This document shows, in pieces, positions 10,676 to 20,982 of a stretch of DNA of 64,000 bases. The notes under the pieces were generated by a model. That model was not told where the DNA came from, did not search any database, and saw only the letters and a list, made by a program, of their open reading frames with translations. Source of the stretch: Escherichia coli O157:H7 (GTDB taxonomy: Bacteria > Pseudomonadota > Gammaproteobacteria > Enterobacterales > Enterobacteriaceae); the NCBI RefSeq assembly GCF_013167455.1, contig NZ_CP038328.1, one strand, 5' to 3'. A program made the translations under genes and the position numbers. Each line of letters begins with the position of its first letter. The stretch's first letter is position 1.

Positions 10676-11383
10676 TTAGCTCTTTCGCGCCTGGCAAGCG
10701 CGTTGCACATACGGGTTATGATTGCCCTGTACCTTCGCGATGCGTTCATCGCGCTCGCACTCCCAGTCGGTAACCGGATACATCTTGTCCCATGCGTTGA
10801 ACAGCTGCGTTTGCTGGCGAGAGAGTGTCAGGTTGTAATGGTCACGCATATAGAAGTAGGTGCGCGCAATGGCACCGCGTGCACGCGCTGGTGGTTCGGC
10901 AGCTTTTTCTTTGAAATCGACCTTCATGGCGCATTGACCGTACTGGCCTTCACCGCCATTCCACTGGCTGTACATAAAGTTGCCGCGATCGCCATTCACC
11001 TCGCCGACTGACGGTTGCAGGTTATGCATATCGCTTTCCATCTTGCGATAGACCGGATCTTTGGCGCAATTTTTACGTCCACCGTCCTGCCAGCACTGGC
11101 GCTGGTGACCGAATTGCCAGGCGGGAACGACGTGTTCCCACTCTACGCGGCTGGCGCGGTTTTCATTTTTGCGCACCTGATAGCCGCACGATTGCAGATC
11201 GACAACGCCTTTTTTGCCCTGCCAGTTAATTTTACATCCGCAATAAAACGTACCGGGCGCGTCAGCGTGGACTTTTACCGCCGCGGCTTTCGCCTGAGAA
11301 AAACTATTGATACCTTCGGCCAACGCCGGGCCGGAAAATGCTGCGCTCAGTACCACCGCAGCAATAGACAAATAACGGTACAT
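10676..11383 (-). CDS. endA: periplasmic endonuclease I
   Basis: [22 protein letters not shown] signal peptide, 235 aa. Recognised as EndA. Confidence 0.94.
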   Translation of the reverse strand: MYRYLSIAAVVLSAAFSGPALAEGINSFSQAKAAAVKVHADAPGTFYCGCKINWQGKKGVVDLQSCGYQVRKNENRASRVEWEHVVPAWQFGHQRQCWQDGGRKNCAKDPVYRKMESDMHNLQPSVGEVNGDRGNFMYSQWNGGEGQYGQCAMKVDFKEKAAEPPARARGAIARTYFYMRDHYNLTLSRQQTQLFNAWDKMYPVTDWECERDERIAKVQGNHNPYVQRACQARKS

Positions 11384-11477
11384 CACTTACTCCGTGTTAA
11401 AACGAGCCAGCAACGTAGCGAAAGTTGTTTTGGTATGCAATCAGCCAGATCAGGAAAGTTCCTGATAGTTCAGATGG

Positions 11478-11975
11478 TTATTTTGCGACCAGTTGTTCGC
11501 CGCAGTGAACACAGCGATAGACGGCTTCGCCACGAACTACGCGATTATGACGGCGTACGGTAAGCTGATGTTCCTGACACTTACAGCTGTAGGGGAAGGT
11601 GTTGCGGCGCACGGATTGCAGTTCGAACTGATGCGTACGGCGGGCTGGAACGCCCAGCACACTTTCCATCATCCACTTCCACTCTTTGCCATGTGGTGCT
11701 ACGCGGCCAAAATGTTTCCATACCAGCAAATGTGCCAGTTCGTGCGGTACCACTTCTTCAATAAAGGCTTCACTGTTTTCCAACAGCAAAACGGGATTAA
11801 GGCGAATTTCATAGCTTTCCAGCCAGGCTGTTCCGGCAGAGGTTCCGCGCTGGGTGTAAGAGAGTTTTGGCTCCGGGTAGTTACGCCCCAATTTCAGGTT
11901 GGCCTGGGCGAGTTTTTCCCGCAGGCGACGCATAACGGCCTGCTGGATGGCGATAGGGAGACGGGATGTTTTCAT
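11478..11975 (-). CDS. sprT: SprT (zinc-metalloprotease-like)
   Basis: Start trimmed to [12 protein letters not shown] (165 aa). HELAH zinc motif plus C-terminal Cys pairs. Confidence 0.9.
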   Translation of the reverse strand: MKTSRLPIAIQQAVMRRLREKLAQANLKLGRNYPEPKLSYTQRGTSAGTAWLESYEIRLNPVLLLENSEAFIEEVVPHELAHLLVWKHFGRVAPHGKEWKWMMESVLGVPARRTHQFELQSVRRNTFPYSCKCQEHQLTVRRHNRVVRGEAVYRCVHCGEQLVAK

Positions 11976-12017
11976 AGCGGCAGAGGATAGAGCGAAGAAA
12001 AGATGACTGCAAGAGGT

Positions 12018-12043
12018 GGCTTCCTCCACGACGGGAGGAAGCC
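12018..12043 (-). terminator. hairpin downstream of galP (candidate terminator)
   Basis: GGCTTCCTCC-N6-GGAGGAAGCC perfect 10-bp stem, 9 nt after the galP stop. The T-tract is weak and not adjacent. Confidence 0.45.
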
Positions 12044-12051
12044 TGGGGAGA

Positions 12052-13446
12052 TTAATCGTGAGCGCCGATTTCGCGCAGTTTACGACCTTTCATCAGATTA
12101 CGTTCAATATGTTCCAGCGAAACGTGTTTGGTTTCTGGCACCAGCCACAGTGTCAGCAGGATAAACAGGACGTTCAGACCCGCGTAAACCCAGAAGGTAT
12201 TAGCGTTGCCCAGCGTGTTGAGCATGGTCAGGAACGTTGCGCCAACGATCATGTTGGCAATCCAGTTGGTGGCGGTGGAGCAGGTGATGCCAAAATCGCG
12301 GCCTTTCAGCGGCTGAATTTCGGAGCACAGTACCCAAATCAGCGGACCGGCACTCATGGCAAAACCGACAATAAACATCAGCAGCATGGCGATGGCGAAA
12401 TACTGCGCCGACGGAGAGTGGATACCGATATGCATCATTGTACCGAGTACGCCCATACCAGCAGCCATCACCAGGAAGCCCAGCGTTAGCGTTGGTTTAC
12501 GTCCCCAGCGGTCAACAAGGCCGATTGCGATAAAGGTGGCAAGTACGTTGGTCAGGCCGACAATCACTGTCCCCCACATTTGCTCGGTGGTGTTGGTATA
12601 ACCCGCCAGTTCGAAGATTTTCGGCGCGTAATACATGATGACGTTCATCCCGGTGAATTGCTGCATTACCTGTAACAGTACGCCAAGGAACACCGCGCGG
12701 CGGAAGTTGCTATTCTCTTTAAACAGCGCCCAGCCACTCTGTTTAACCTGCAAACTTTCACGGATTTCATCCAGTTCGCGTTTCGCTTCCGCGCTGGTGT
12801 CACGCAGGCGTAGCAGCACGCGTTCGGCATCAACAAAACGGCGTTTGGCGGCAAACCAACGTGGGCTGTCTGGCAGGAAGAAGACACCAATCAGCAGCAA
12901 AATTGCCGGGATGATAATCACACCCAGCATCCAGCGCCATGCACCGGTGTAGCTGAAGGCGGTATCAGAAAGATAAGCACCGAGGATCCCGATTGTGATC
13001 ATTAACTGATACATCGAGATCATACTGCCGCGAATTTTTTCCGGCGCAATTTCAGAGAGGTACAGTGGTGCGGTATAAGAGGCCACACCTACCGCCAGCC
13101 CCAGCAGAACGCGGGAAAGAATCAGTACTTCAACGTTTGGCGCAGCCGCAGAGAACAGCGAACCGGCAACAAACAAAATTGCGCCGATCATCAGGCTCTT
13201 TTTGCGCCCGAGTTTAAAGGAGAGCCAGCCGCTGCCCACCGCACCGACTGCCGCACCGAACATCATGGAGCTTACGACCCATTCTTGCGTGTGCGAAGTA
13301 ATCTGGAATTCATCTGCAATAAACGGCAGTGCGCCAGCAATTACACCGATATCCAGGCCAAAGAGTAATCCCGCCAGAGCGGCAAGGAAGCAGACGAAAA
13401 ACGTCATTGCCTTGTTTGACTGCCCCTGTTTTTTAGCGTCAGGCAT
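12052..13446 (-). CDS. galP: galactose:H+ symporter (MFS)
   Basis: Start trimmed to MPDAKKQG.. (464 aa). Sugar-porter motifs are present. Recognised as GalP. Confidence 0.96.
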   Translation of the reverse strand: MPDAKKQGQSNKAMTFFVCFLAALAGLLFGLDIGVIAGALPFIADEFQITSHTQEWVVSSMMFGAAVGAVGSGWLSFKLGRKKSLMIGAILFVAGSLFSAAAPNVEVLILSRVLLGLAVGVASYTAPLYLSEIAPEKIRGSMISMYQLMITIGILGAYLSDTAFSYTGAWRWMLGVIIIPAILLLIGVFFLPDSPRWFAAKRRFVDAERVLLRLRDTSAEAKRELDEIRESLQVKQSGWALFKENSNFRRAVFLGVLLQVMQQFTGMNVIMYYAPKIFELAGYTNTTEQMWGTVIVGLTNVLATFIAIGLVDRWGRKPTLTLGFLVMAAGMGVLGTMMHIGIHSPSAQYFAIAMLLMFIVGFAMSAGPLIWVLCSEIQPLKGRDFGITCSTATNWIANMIVGATFLTMLNTLGNANTFWVYAGLNVLFILLTLWLVPETKHVSLEHIERNLMKGRKLREIGAHD

Positions 13447-13509
13447 GATGCCCTCCAATATGGTTATTTTTTATTGTGAATTAAGATAGGTGAGTACGAC
13501 GTAAAAAGA

Positions 13510-13525
13510 TGTGAAGCAAATCACA
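13510..13525 (-). promoter_or_regulatory. CRP site of the galP promoter
   Basis: TGTGAagcaaaTCACA, a perfect match to both consensus CRP half-sites. It lies about 41 bp upstream of the start predicted from a TATCTT -10 at 13483-13488. Confidence 0.7.
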
Positions 13526-13528
13526 TCA

Positions 13529-13544
13529 GTGTAATCGCTTACAC
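13529..13544 (-). promoter_or_regulatory. GalR/GalS operator of galP
   Basis: GTGTAATCGCTTACAC, a 16-bp dyad matching the gal operator consensus GTGKAANCGNTTMCAC. Confidence 0.7.
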
Positions 13545-13792
13545 TAATATTTATCTTAGTTATGATTTAAGTGCATGAAAATAATTGAGTTATATCATCA
13601 TAGATTAAACGCTGTTATCTGCAATTAAGACTTTACTGAAAAGAAATGTAACAACTGTGAAAACCGAATAATAATATGGAAATATTACAAATCTTTGTCT
13701 GTTGTGGTTGGTGTAATCGGTTTCAGTTGTGATGATAATTTGCGGTGAAACGTGATCAGGAAGAATGATGTTATTGTGCAGGCGGTTTTTTT

Positions 13793-13822
13793 GCCGGATG
13801 CGGCGTGAACGCCTATCCACCG
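13793..13822. repeat. single REP element
   Basis: GCCGGATGCGGCGTGAACGCCTATCC, a REP consensus-like sequence. Confidence 0.7.
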
Positions 13823-13830
13823 CGGTGAGG

Positions 13831-13860
13831 TAAAAGAAAAAGGCCAGCGCGAGGCTGGCC
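13831..13860 (-). terminator. intrinsic terminator after metK
   Basis: On the minus strand, GGCCAGC-ctcgc-GCTGGCC followed by TTTTTCTTTT. Confidence 0.8.
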
Positions 13861-13882
13861 TTTGAAAGCAGGTGAAGAAAGA

Positions 13883-15037
13883 TTACTTCAGACCGGCAGC
13901 ATCGCGCAGCAGCTGCGCTTTGTCGGTTTTTTCCCACGGGAAATGTTCACGACCAAAGTGACCGTATGCTGCGGTTTCTTTGTAGATCGGGTGCAGCAGA
14001 TCCAGCATCTGAATCAGACCGTATGGGCGCAGGTCGAAGAACTCACGTACCAGCAGAGTCAGTTGTTCAGAAGGCACTTTCTCAGTACCGAAAGTTTCTA
14101 CCATGATGGAAGTCGGTTCAGCCACGCCGATTGCGTAGGAAACCTGAATTTCACAACGATCGGCCAGGCCAGCAGCAACGATGTTTTTCGCGACATAACG
14201 TGCTGCGTAGGCTGCGGAACGGTCCACTTTTGATGGATCTTTACCAGAGAATGCACCGCCACCGTGACGCGCCATGCCGCCGTAGGTATCAACGATAATT
14301 TTACGACCAGTCAGACCGCAGTCACCCATCGGGCCACCGATAACAAAACGACCGGTCGGGTTGATGAAGAATTTGGTGGCAGAAGTCAGCCATTCAGCGG
14401 GCAGAATCGGCTTGATGATCTCTTCCATTACCGCTTCTTGCAGCGATTTCTGGTCGATCTCTTCAGAGTGCTGAGTGGAAAGCACGACAGCATCGATACC
14501 AACGATTTTGCCGTCGTCATACTGGAAAGTCACCTGGCTTTTCGCGTCCGGGCGCAGCCACGGCAGAGTGCCGTTTTTACGCACTTCAGCCTGACGCTGT
14601 ACCAGACGGTGTGCATAGGTGATAGGTGCTGGCATCAGCACGTCGGTTTCATTAGTTGCGTAGCCAAACATCAGACCCTGGTCACCCGCGCCCTGTTCCA
14701 GCGGATCGGCACGGTCAACGCCCTGGTTGATGTCAGGAGACTGTTTGCCGATAGCGCTCAGAACTGCACAGGAGTTAGCGTCAAAGCCCATGTCGGAATG
14801 CACATAGCCAATTTCGCGAACGGTGTTACGGGTGATCTCTTCGATGTCTACCCAGGCGCTGGTGGTGATTTCGCCGCCAACTAAAACCATGCCGGTTTTT
14901 ACGTAGGTTTCGCAAGCAACGCGTGCTTTCGGATCCTGTTCGAGGATCGCGTCTAAAACGGCATCAGAGATTTGGTCAGCAATTTTGTCAGGATGCCCTT
15001 CAGAGACGGACTCGGACGTAAAAAGGTGTTTTGCCAT
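13883..15037 (-). CDS. metK: S-adenosylmethionine synthetase
   Basis: Start trimmed to [18 protein letters not shown] (384 aa). Recognised as MetK. Confidence 0.98.
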
Positions 15038-15092
15038 ATTTAATATCACCTAAAGAGAATTTGGTTAGCTCAAACTGTTGTGTGGATTTTCT

Positions 15093-15344
15093 GTGGTAGC
15101 GGATCCTACCACGACTCTGCAGGTTAAAAACACTGGCAGTCTGAGTGTTAATCGGTATGGATGGATTAACATCTGGATGGCTATTTTAGGTCAATTCTTC
15201 ACCCGATTTCCACTTTTTTTTGAATCGTGTCTCATTCTGTTAAAAACGTGGCTGGAAATTTTTCCTGACAATGCCGGCATTCTGCGTATTTATCTTTTGC
15301 AATTTTCTGCCATTGTGGGGTATAAAACGCGGCGCGCGGCTTAA
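15093..15344 (+). CDS. yqgD: YqgD-like hypothetical ORF (doubtful gene)
   Basis: A GTG start gives 83 aa, the length annotated for K-12 yqgD. No functional motif, and it lies over the metK promoter region. Confidence 0.3.
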
Positions 15345-15556
15345 ATAAAAAGCACACGACGTTTCTTTCGTGTTGCCACTTCCAGCCGGGTTGAAATCAG
15401 AGTTTTGGCTTGTGGGTTCGTCTTAACAGGCGGCCGTGGAGGTGATACGAAATAATGAACCGTTGTCTGCTGCTTAACCTGTCTCACCGTTCTGGTGAAG
15501 ATTCGTTCCCCGCACTCTGCATCTCTGCTTTGCATACCTGCCGATGTTATACCCAT
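15341..15556 (-). CDS. yqgC: YqgC-like hypothetical ORF (doubtful gene)
   Basis: 71-aa ORF of the same length as K-12 yqgC. No motif or convincing RBS, and it is antisense to a small ORF with a strong SD (see findings). Confidence 0.3.
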
Positions 15557-15691
15557 CTCGGCGCTTCTCAGGATTCAAGAGCTGGTTACAGTTACTGAGG
15601 ACTGAACAAGGGCGCTCTTGTAAAAACAAGAGTTTTCTCGTGGTTTCGCCGAACTGTCACACTTACGTTCGGTTATGTGCTTAATAATGTT

Positions 15692-15823
15692 ATGAAAAAG
15701 AAACCGGTTGCGCAGTTGGAGCGTCAGCATTCACTGCTGGAAAATCCATGTGCTTATGGGTTGTTATCGCAGTTCCAGGCTGCGATAGTCGTTAACTGTT
15801 TTACACTTAATAAAATAATTTGA
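15692..15823 (+). CDS. yqgB: small acid-stress protein YqgB
   Basis: 43-codon [46 protein letters not shown], translated by hand and recognised as YqgB. It ends 8 nt before the speA ATG. Confidence 0.75.
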
Positions 15824-15831
15824 GGTTCGCT

Positions 15832-17808
15832 ATGTCTGACGACATGTCTATGGGTTTGCCTTCGTCAGCGGGCGAACACGGTGTACTACGCTCCATGCAG
15901 GAGGTTGCAATGAGCTCCCAGGAAGCCAGCAAGATGCTGCGTACTTACAATATTGCCTGGTGGGGCAATAACTACTATGACGTTAACGAGCTGGGCCACA
16001 TCAGCGTGTGCCCGGACCCGGACGTCCCGGAAGCTCGCGTCGATCTCGCGCAGTTAGTGAAAACTCGTGAAGCACAGGGTCAGCGTCTGCCTGCACTGTT
16101 CTGTTTCCCACAGATCCTGCAGCACCGTTTGCGTTCCATTAACGCCGCGTTCAAACGTGCGCGGGAATCCTACGGCTATAACGGCGATTACTTCCTTGTT
16201 TATCCGATCAAAGTTAACCAGCACCGTCGCGTGATTGAGTCCCTGATTCATTCGGGCGAACCGCTGGGTCTGGAAGCCGGTTCCAAAGCCGAGTTGATGG
16301 CAGTGCTGGCACATGCTGGCATGACCCGTAGCGTCATCGTCTGCAATGGTTATAAAGACCGCGAATATATCCGCCTGGCATTAATTGGCGAGAAGATGGG
16401 GCACAAGGTCTATCTGGTCATTGAGAAGATGTCAGAAATCGCCATTGTGCTGGATGAAGCAGAACGTCTGAATGTCGTTCCTCGTCTGGGCGTGCGTGCA
16501 CGTCTGGCTTCGCAGGGCTCCGGTAAATGGCAGTCCTCCGGCGGGGAAAAATCGAAGTTCGGCCTGGCGGCGACTCAGGTACTGCAACTGGTTGAAACCC
16601 TACGTGAAGCCGGGCGTCTCGACAGCCTGCAACTACTGCACTTCCACCTCGGTTCGCAGATGGCGAATATTCGCGATATCGCGACAGGCGTTCGTGAATC
16701 CGCGCGTTTCTATGTTGAGCTGCACAAGCTGGGCGTCAATATTCAGTGCTTCGACGTCGGCGGCGGTCTGGGCGTGGATTATGAAGGTACTCGTTCGCAG
16801 TCCGACTGTTCGGTGAACTACGGCCTCAATGAATATGCCAACAACATCATCTGGGCGATTGGTGATGCGTGTGAAGAAAACGGTCTGCCGCATCCGACGG
16901 TAATCACCGAATCGGGTCGTGCAGTGACTGCGCATCACACCGTGCTGGTGTCTAATATCATCGGCGTGGAACGTAACGAATACACGGTGCCGACCGCGCC
17001 TGCAGAAGATGCGCCGCGCGCGCTGCAAAGCATGTGGGAAACCTGGCAGGAGATGCACGAACCGGGAACTCGCCGTTCTCTGCGTGAATGGTTACACGAC
17101 AGTCAGATGGATCTGCACGACATTCATATCGGCTACTCTTCCGGCACCTTTAGCCTGCAAGAACGTGCATGGGCTGAGCAGCTTTATTTGAGCATGTGCC
17201 ATGAAGTGCAAAAGCAGCTGGATCCGCAAAACCGTGCTCATCGTCCGATTATCGACGAGCTGCAGGAACGTATGGCGGACAAAATGTACGTCAACTTCTC
17301 GCTGTTCCAGTCGATGCCGGATGCGTGGGGGATCGACCAGTTGTTCCCGGTTCTGCCGCTGGAAGGGCTGGATCAAGTGCCGGAACGCCGCGCTGTGCTG
17401 CTGGATATTACCTGTGACTCTGACGGTGCTATCGACCACTATATCGATGGTGATGGTATTGCCACGACAATGCCTATGCCGGAGTACGATCCAGAGAATC
17501 CGCCGATGCTCGGTTTCTTTATGGTCGGCGCATATCAGGAGATCCTCGGCAACATGCACAACCTGTTCGGTGATACCGAAGCGGTTGACGTGTTCGTCTT
17601 CCCTGACGGTAGTGTAGAAGTGGAACTGTCTGACGAAGGCGATACCGTGGCGGACATGCTGCAATATGTACAGCTCGATCCGAAAACGCTGTTAACTCAG
17701 TTCCGTGATCAAGTGAAGAAAACCGATCTTGATGCTGAACTGCAACAACAGTTCCTTGAAGAGTTCGAGGCAGGTTTGTACGGTTATACCTATCTTGAAG
17801 ATGAATAA
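15832..17808 (+). CDS. speA: biosynthetic arginine decarboxylase
   Basis: Start trimmed to [12 protein letters not shown] (658 aa). Recognised as SpeA. Confidence 0.97.
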
Positions 17809-17825
17809 TTAAGATTATTCTGCTG

Positions 17826-17866
17826 GCGGGTCGATTTATTTACGTAAATCGGTCCGCTTTCTTTTT
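17826..17866 (+). terminator. intrinsic terminator after speA
   Basis: GCGGGTCGATTTA-tttacg-TAAATCGGTCCGC stem followed by TTTCTTTTT. Confidence 0.75.
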
Positions 17867-17953
17867 ATATATTCTTAAAAATAATTTAGCTGCTTTTCTT
17901 ATTAAATAATCTCCCTACAATCGCTGCATTAATTAAATGCAGAGGGAACGGTT

Positions 17954-18685
17954 ATGAAAAAATGGAAAGTACGCAGCGCGTTGGTGGCATTAATCGTGCT
18001 GCTGGCCGGTTGTTCCAGTAATGCGCAGTATAATAGCAGTGCATCGGGCAATGTCGGCACCGCCTGGGGTGGGGATGTGCACTCAACGGTTCAGGGCGTA
18101 TCTGCTGAGCGAGCCTGGCGCGATCCGGCGGAGATGATCGTTATTAGTTATTCGACTAATGTTCCTTCCGGCTACGATCGCGTTTATAGCATTCGTATTA
18201 ACGAACTGGAATATGCTATTCGCGATGGTAATTTTAATTCTCTACCTATTACGCGTGTTTATGATTCATCTAATAATGAACCACGCTATATTGTCCATGC
18301 CAGAGTCGGAATGAATTATCAATTATATGTCCGTAATTACAGTCGTAACACCAACTACGAGATCGTTGCTACGGTTGATGGCCTGGATGTGCTGAACGGC
18401 AAGCAAGGTTCGCTGAATAACAACGGCTATATTGTGAATGCCGGAGATTCGTTAGCGATTAAAGGATTCCGCAAAGATAAACATACCGAAGCGGCTTTTC
18501 AGTTCGCCAACGTTGCTGATTCCTACGCAGCCAATTCGGCGCAAGGCGATGTGCGTAATACCGGTGTAATCGGCTTTGCCGCCTTTGAATTACAAGGCCA
18601 GGCGCAAAACGCGCTGCCACCGTGCTCTGGACAAGCCTTTCCGGCAGATAACAATGGCTATGCGCCGCCACCGTGTCGGAAATAG
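17954..18685 (+). CDS. predicted lipoprotein of unknown function (strain-variable insertion between speA and speB)
   Basis: 243-aa ORF with SD GAGGGA 6 nt upstream. The lipobox is LLAG|C, in MKKWKVRSALVALIVLLAGCSS. N/Y/S-rich, with the gene's central portion (~18180-18400) AT-rich, and I recognise no family. Confidence 0.8.
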   Translation: MKKWKVRSALVALIVLLAGCSSNAQYNSSASGNVGTAWGGDVHSTVQGVSAERAWRDPAEMIVISYSTNVPSGYDRVYSIRINELEYAIRDGNFNSLPITRVYDSSNNEPRYIVHARVGMNYQLYVRNYSRNTNYEIVATVDGLDVLNGKQGSLNNNGYIVNAGDSLAIKGFRKDKHTEAAFQFANVADSYAANSAQGDVRNTGVIGFAAFELQGQAQNALPPCSGQAFPADNNGYAPPPCRK

Positions 18686-18751
18686 CAACCTCGCTTGATG
18701 CCTCGCCCATTTAAGGCGATAATTAGCACAAACTTGTGTTTCGCAAATCCA

Positions 18752-18792
18752 ACCCTTCCTCGTCGGGCCTAACGACGCGGAAGGGTTTTTTT
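18752..18792 (+). terminator. intrinsic terminator upstream of speB
   Basis: CCCTTCC(TCGTCG-ggcctaa-CGACG)CGGAAGGG compound stem followed by TTTTTTT. Confidence 0.8.
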
Positions 18793-18820
18793 ATATCGAC
18801 TTTGTAATAGGAGTCCATCC

Positions 18821-19741
18821 ATGAGCACCTTAGGTCATCAATACGATAACTCACTGGTTTCCAACGCCTTTGGTTTTTTGCGCCTGCCGATGAACTTCCA
18901 GCCGTATGACAGCGATGCTGACTGGGTGATTACTGGTGTGCCGTTCGATATGGCCACTTCTGGTCGTGCGGGGGGACGCCACGGTCCGGCAGCTATCCGT
19001 CAGGTTTCGACGAATCTGGCCTGGGAACACAACCGCTTCCCGTGGAATTTCGACATGCGTGAGCGTCTGAACGTCGTGGACTGTGGTGATCTGGTATATG
19101 CTTTCGGCGATGCCCGTGAGATGAGCGAGAAGCTGCAGGCGCACGCCGAGAAGCTGCTGGCTGCCGGTAAGCGTATGCTCTCCTTCGGTGGTGACCACTT
19201 TGTTACGCTGCCGCTGCTGCGTGCTCATGCGAAGCATTTCGGCAAAATGGCGCTGGTACACTTTGACGCCCACACCGATACCTACGCGAACGGTTGTGAA
19301 TTTGACCACGGCACCATGTTCTATACCGCGCCGAAAGAAGGTCTGATCGACCCGAATCATTCCGTGCAGATTGGTATTCGTACCGAATTTGATAAAGACA
19401 ACGGCTTTACCGTGCTGGACGCCTGCCAGGTGAACGATCGCAGCGTGGATGACGTTATCGCCCAGGTGAAACAAATTGTGGGTGATATGCCGGTTTACCT
19501 GACCTTTGATATCGACTGCCTGGATCCTGCATTTGCGCCGGGAACCGGTACGCCGGTAATTGGCGGTCTGACCTCCGATCGCGCTATTAAACTGGTACGC
19601 GGCCTGAAAGATCTCAACATCGTTGGGATGGACGTAGTGGAAGTGGCTCCGGCATACGATCAGTCGGAAATCACCGCTCTGGCAGCGGCAACGCTGGCGC
19701 TGGAAATGCTGTATATTCAGGCGGCGAAAAAGGGCGAGTAA
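18821..19741 (+). CDS. speB: agmatinase
   Basis: 306-aa ORF in the ureohydrolase family ([21 protein letters not shown]). Recognised as SpeB. Confidence 0.97.
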   Translation: MSTLGHQYDNSLVSNAFGFLRLPMNFQPYDSDADWVITGVPFDMATSGRAGGRHGPAAIRQVSTNLAWEHNRFPWNFDMRERLNVVDCGDLVYAFGDAREMSEKLQAHAEKLLAAGKRMLSFGGDHFVTLPLLRAHAKHFGKMALVHFDAHTDTYANGCEFDHGTMFYTAPKEGLIDPNHSVQIGIRTEFDKDNGFTVLDACQVNDRSVDDVIAQVKQIVGDMPVYLTFDIDCLDPAFAPGTGTPVIGGLTSDRAIKLVRGLKDLNIVGMDVVEVAPAYDQSEITALAAATLALEMLYIQAAKKGE

Positions 19742-19780
19742 GCACCAGATGCGATGCGCACGGGTAAAACGTGCCATTAA

Positions 19781-19930
<150 letters not shown>

Positions 19931-19946
19931 TCGACACCACCAGGCT

Positions 19947-20705
19947 TTACTTAATCCCATCCGCGCTCATGCGATCGCGAATATGCTGGGCGCGTTCGGC
20001 GGATGCAGGATGGTCGTCAAACATTGAGCTTTGGCGACCTTCTTCCAGTTTTGCCAGTTTTTCAAAGCTGGTGGCAAGACCTGCCGGGCTGATGCCGCGT
20101 TGGCGCAGAAGATCGTAAGAATAATCATCGGCTTCTGCTTCCTGGCGCTGGGAGAATTGCGAATTAACTAATTTCTCGCCCAGATCACCGAGTTGTGATT
20201 GAGATAAACTGCCGACAATCCCGCCCGCCGAGGCCGCAGCTACTCGTACGGCATTTGTACCAAGTGCCACCTGCATTCCTTTTTTCACATGGCCTAATGC
20301 CACGTGCCCCATTTCGTGACCGATCACCGCTTCGACTTCGTTATCCGTCATCATATCCATCAGCCCGCTATAGACACGGATACAGCCGTTAGCCATTGCA
20401 AAGGCGTTCACATCCTTCGCCATATACACTTTGTAATTTACCGGCTGACCGTTGATATTGTTGCCTAGCGCATTGGCAATAGTTGTCAGACGTTTAGCGT
20501 ATTCGCTATTGGCTGGCGCAATCGTCGCCTTGCTGTCCATCTCCTGACATGCCTGATCGCTCAGGGTTTTCACCTGCGCATCACTCAAACTGTAAGCCTG
20601 AAAAGCTTCCGCTCCTGATGAGAGCAGTCCGTTGGAGTCCATATTCTGGCAACCGGTCAGTACCGTTGCCACGCTCATTGCTACCAATAAGGCGCGAATT
20701 TTCAT
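19947..20705 (-). CDS. loiP: outer-membrane metalloprotease lipoprotein LoiP (YggG)
   Basis: Start trimmed to MKIRALLVAMSVATVLTGC (252 aa). Lipobox and HEMGH zinc motif are present. Confidence 0.93.
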   Translation of the reverse strand: MKIRALLVAMSVATVLTGCQNMDSNGLLSSGAEAFQAYSLSDAQVKTLSDQACQEMDSKATIAPANSEYAKRLTTIANALGNNINGQPVNYKVYMAKDVNAFAMANGCIRVYSGLMDMMTDNEVEAVIGHEMGHVALGHVKKGMQVALGTNAVRVAAASAGGIVGSLSQSQLGDLGEKLVNSQFSQRQEAEADDYSYDLLRQRGISPAGLATSFEKLAKLEEGRQSSMFDDHPASAERAQHIRDRMSADGIK

Positions 20706-20982
20706 GTTTTTTCTTCCGCACAAGGTCAGGATTATTCTAAAAATGCGCCGTTTGCAGGTGAACCGACGCTCAGTCTCAGTATAAGGAAAAGCGCAGCGGA
20801 CGGGCGAGTAGATTGCGCAACATGCGAGCATGATCCAGAGATTTCTGAAGCGGCAAAAGGATGTTCCATGTACATGACGCGCGGCTTGCGGTAAATTGTT
20901 GGCAAATTTTCCGGCGTAGCCCAAAACGCGCTGTCGTCAAGTCGTTAAGGGCGTGCCCTTCATCATCCGATCTGGAGTCAAA

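Noticed and set aside
15038-15340. A possible SAM riboswitch or clear MetJ boxes upstream of metK.
   Set aside because: Enterobacterial metK lacks an S-box. I see only weak AGACGTCT-like octamers (for example around 15160-15180), not good enough to annotate.
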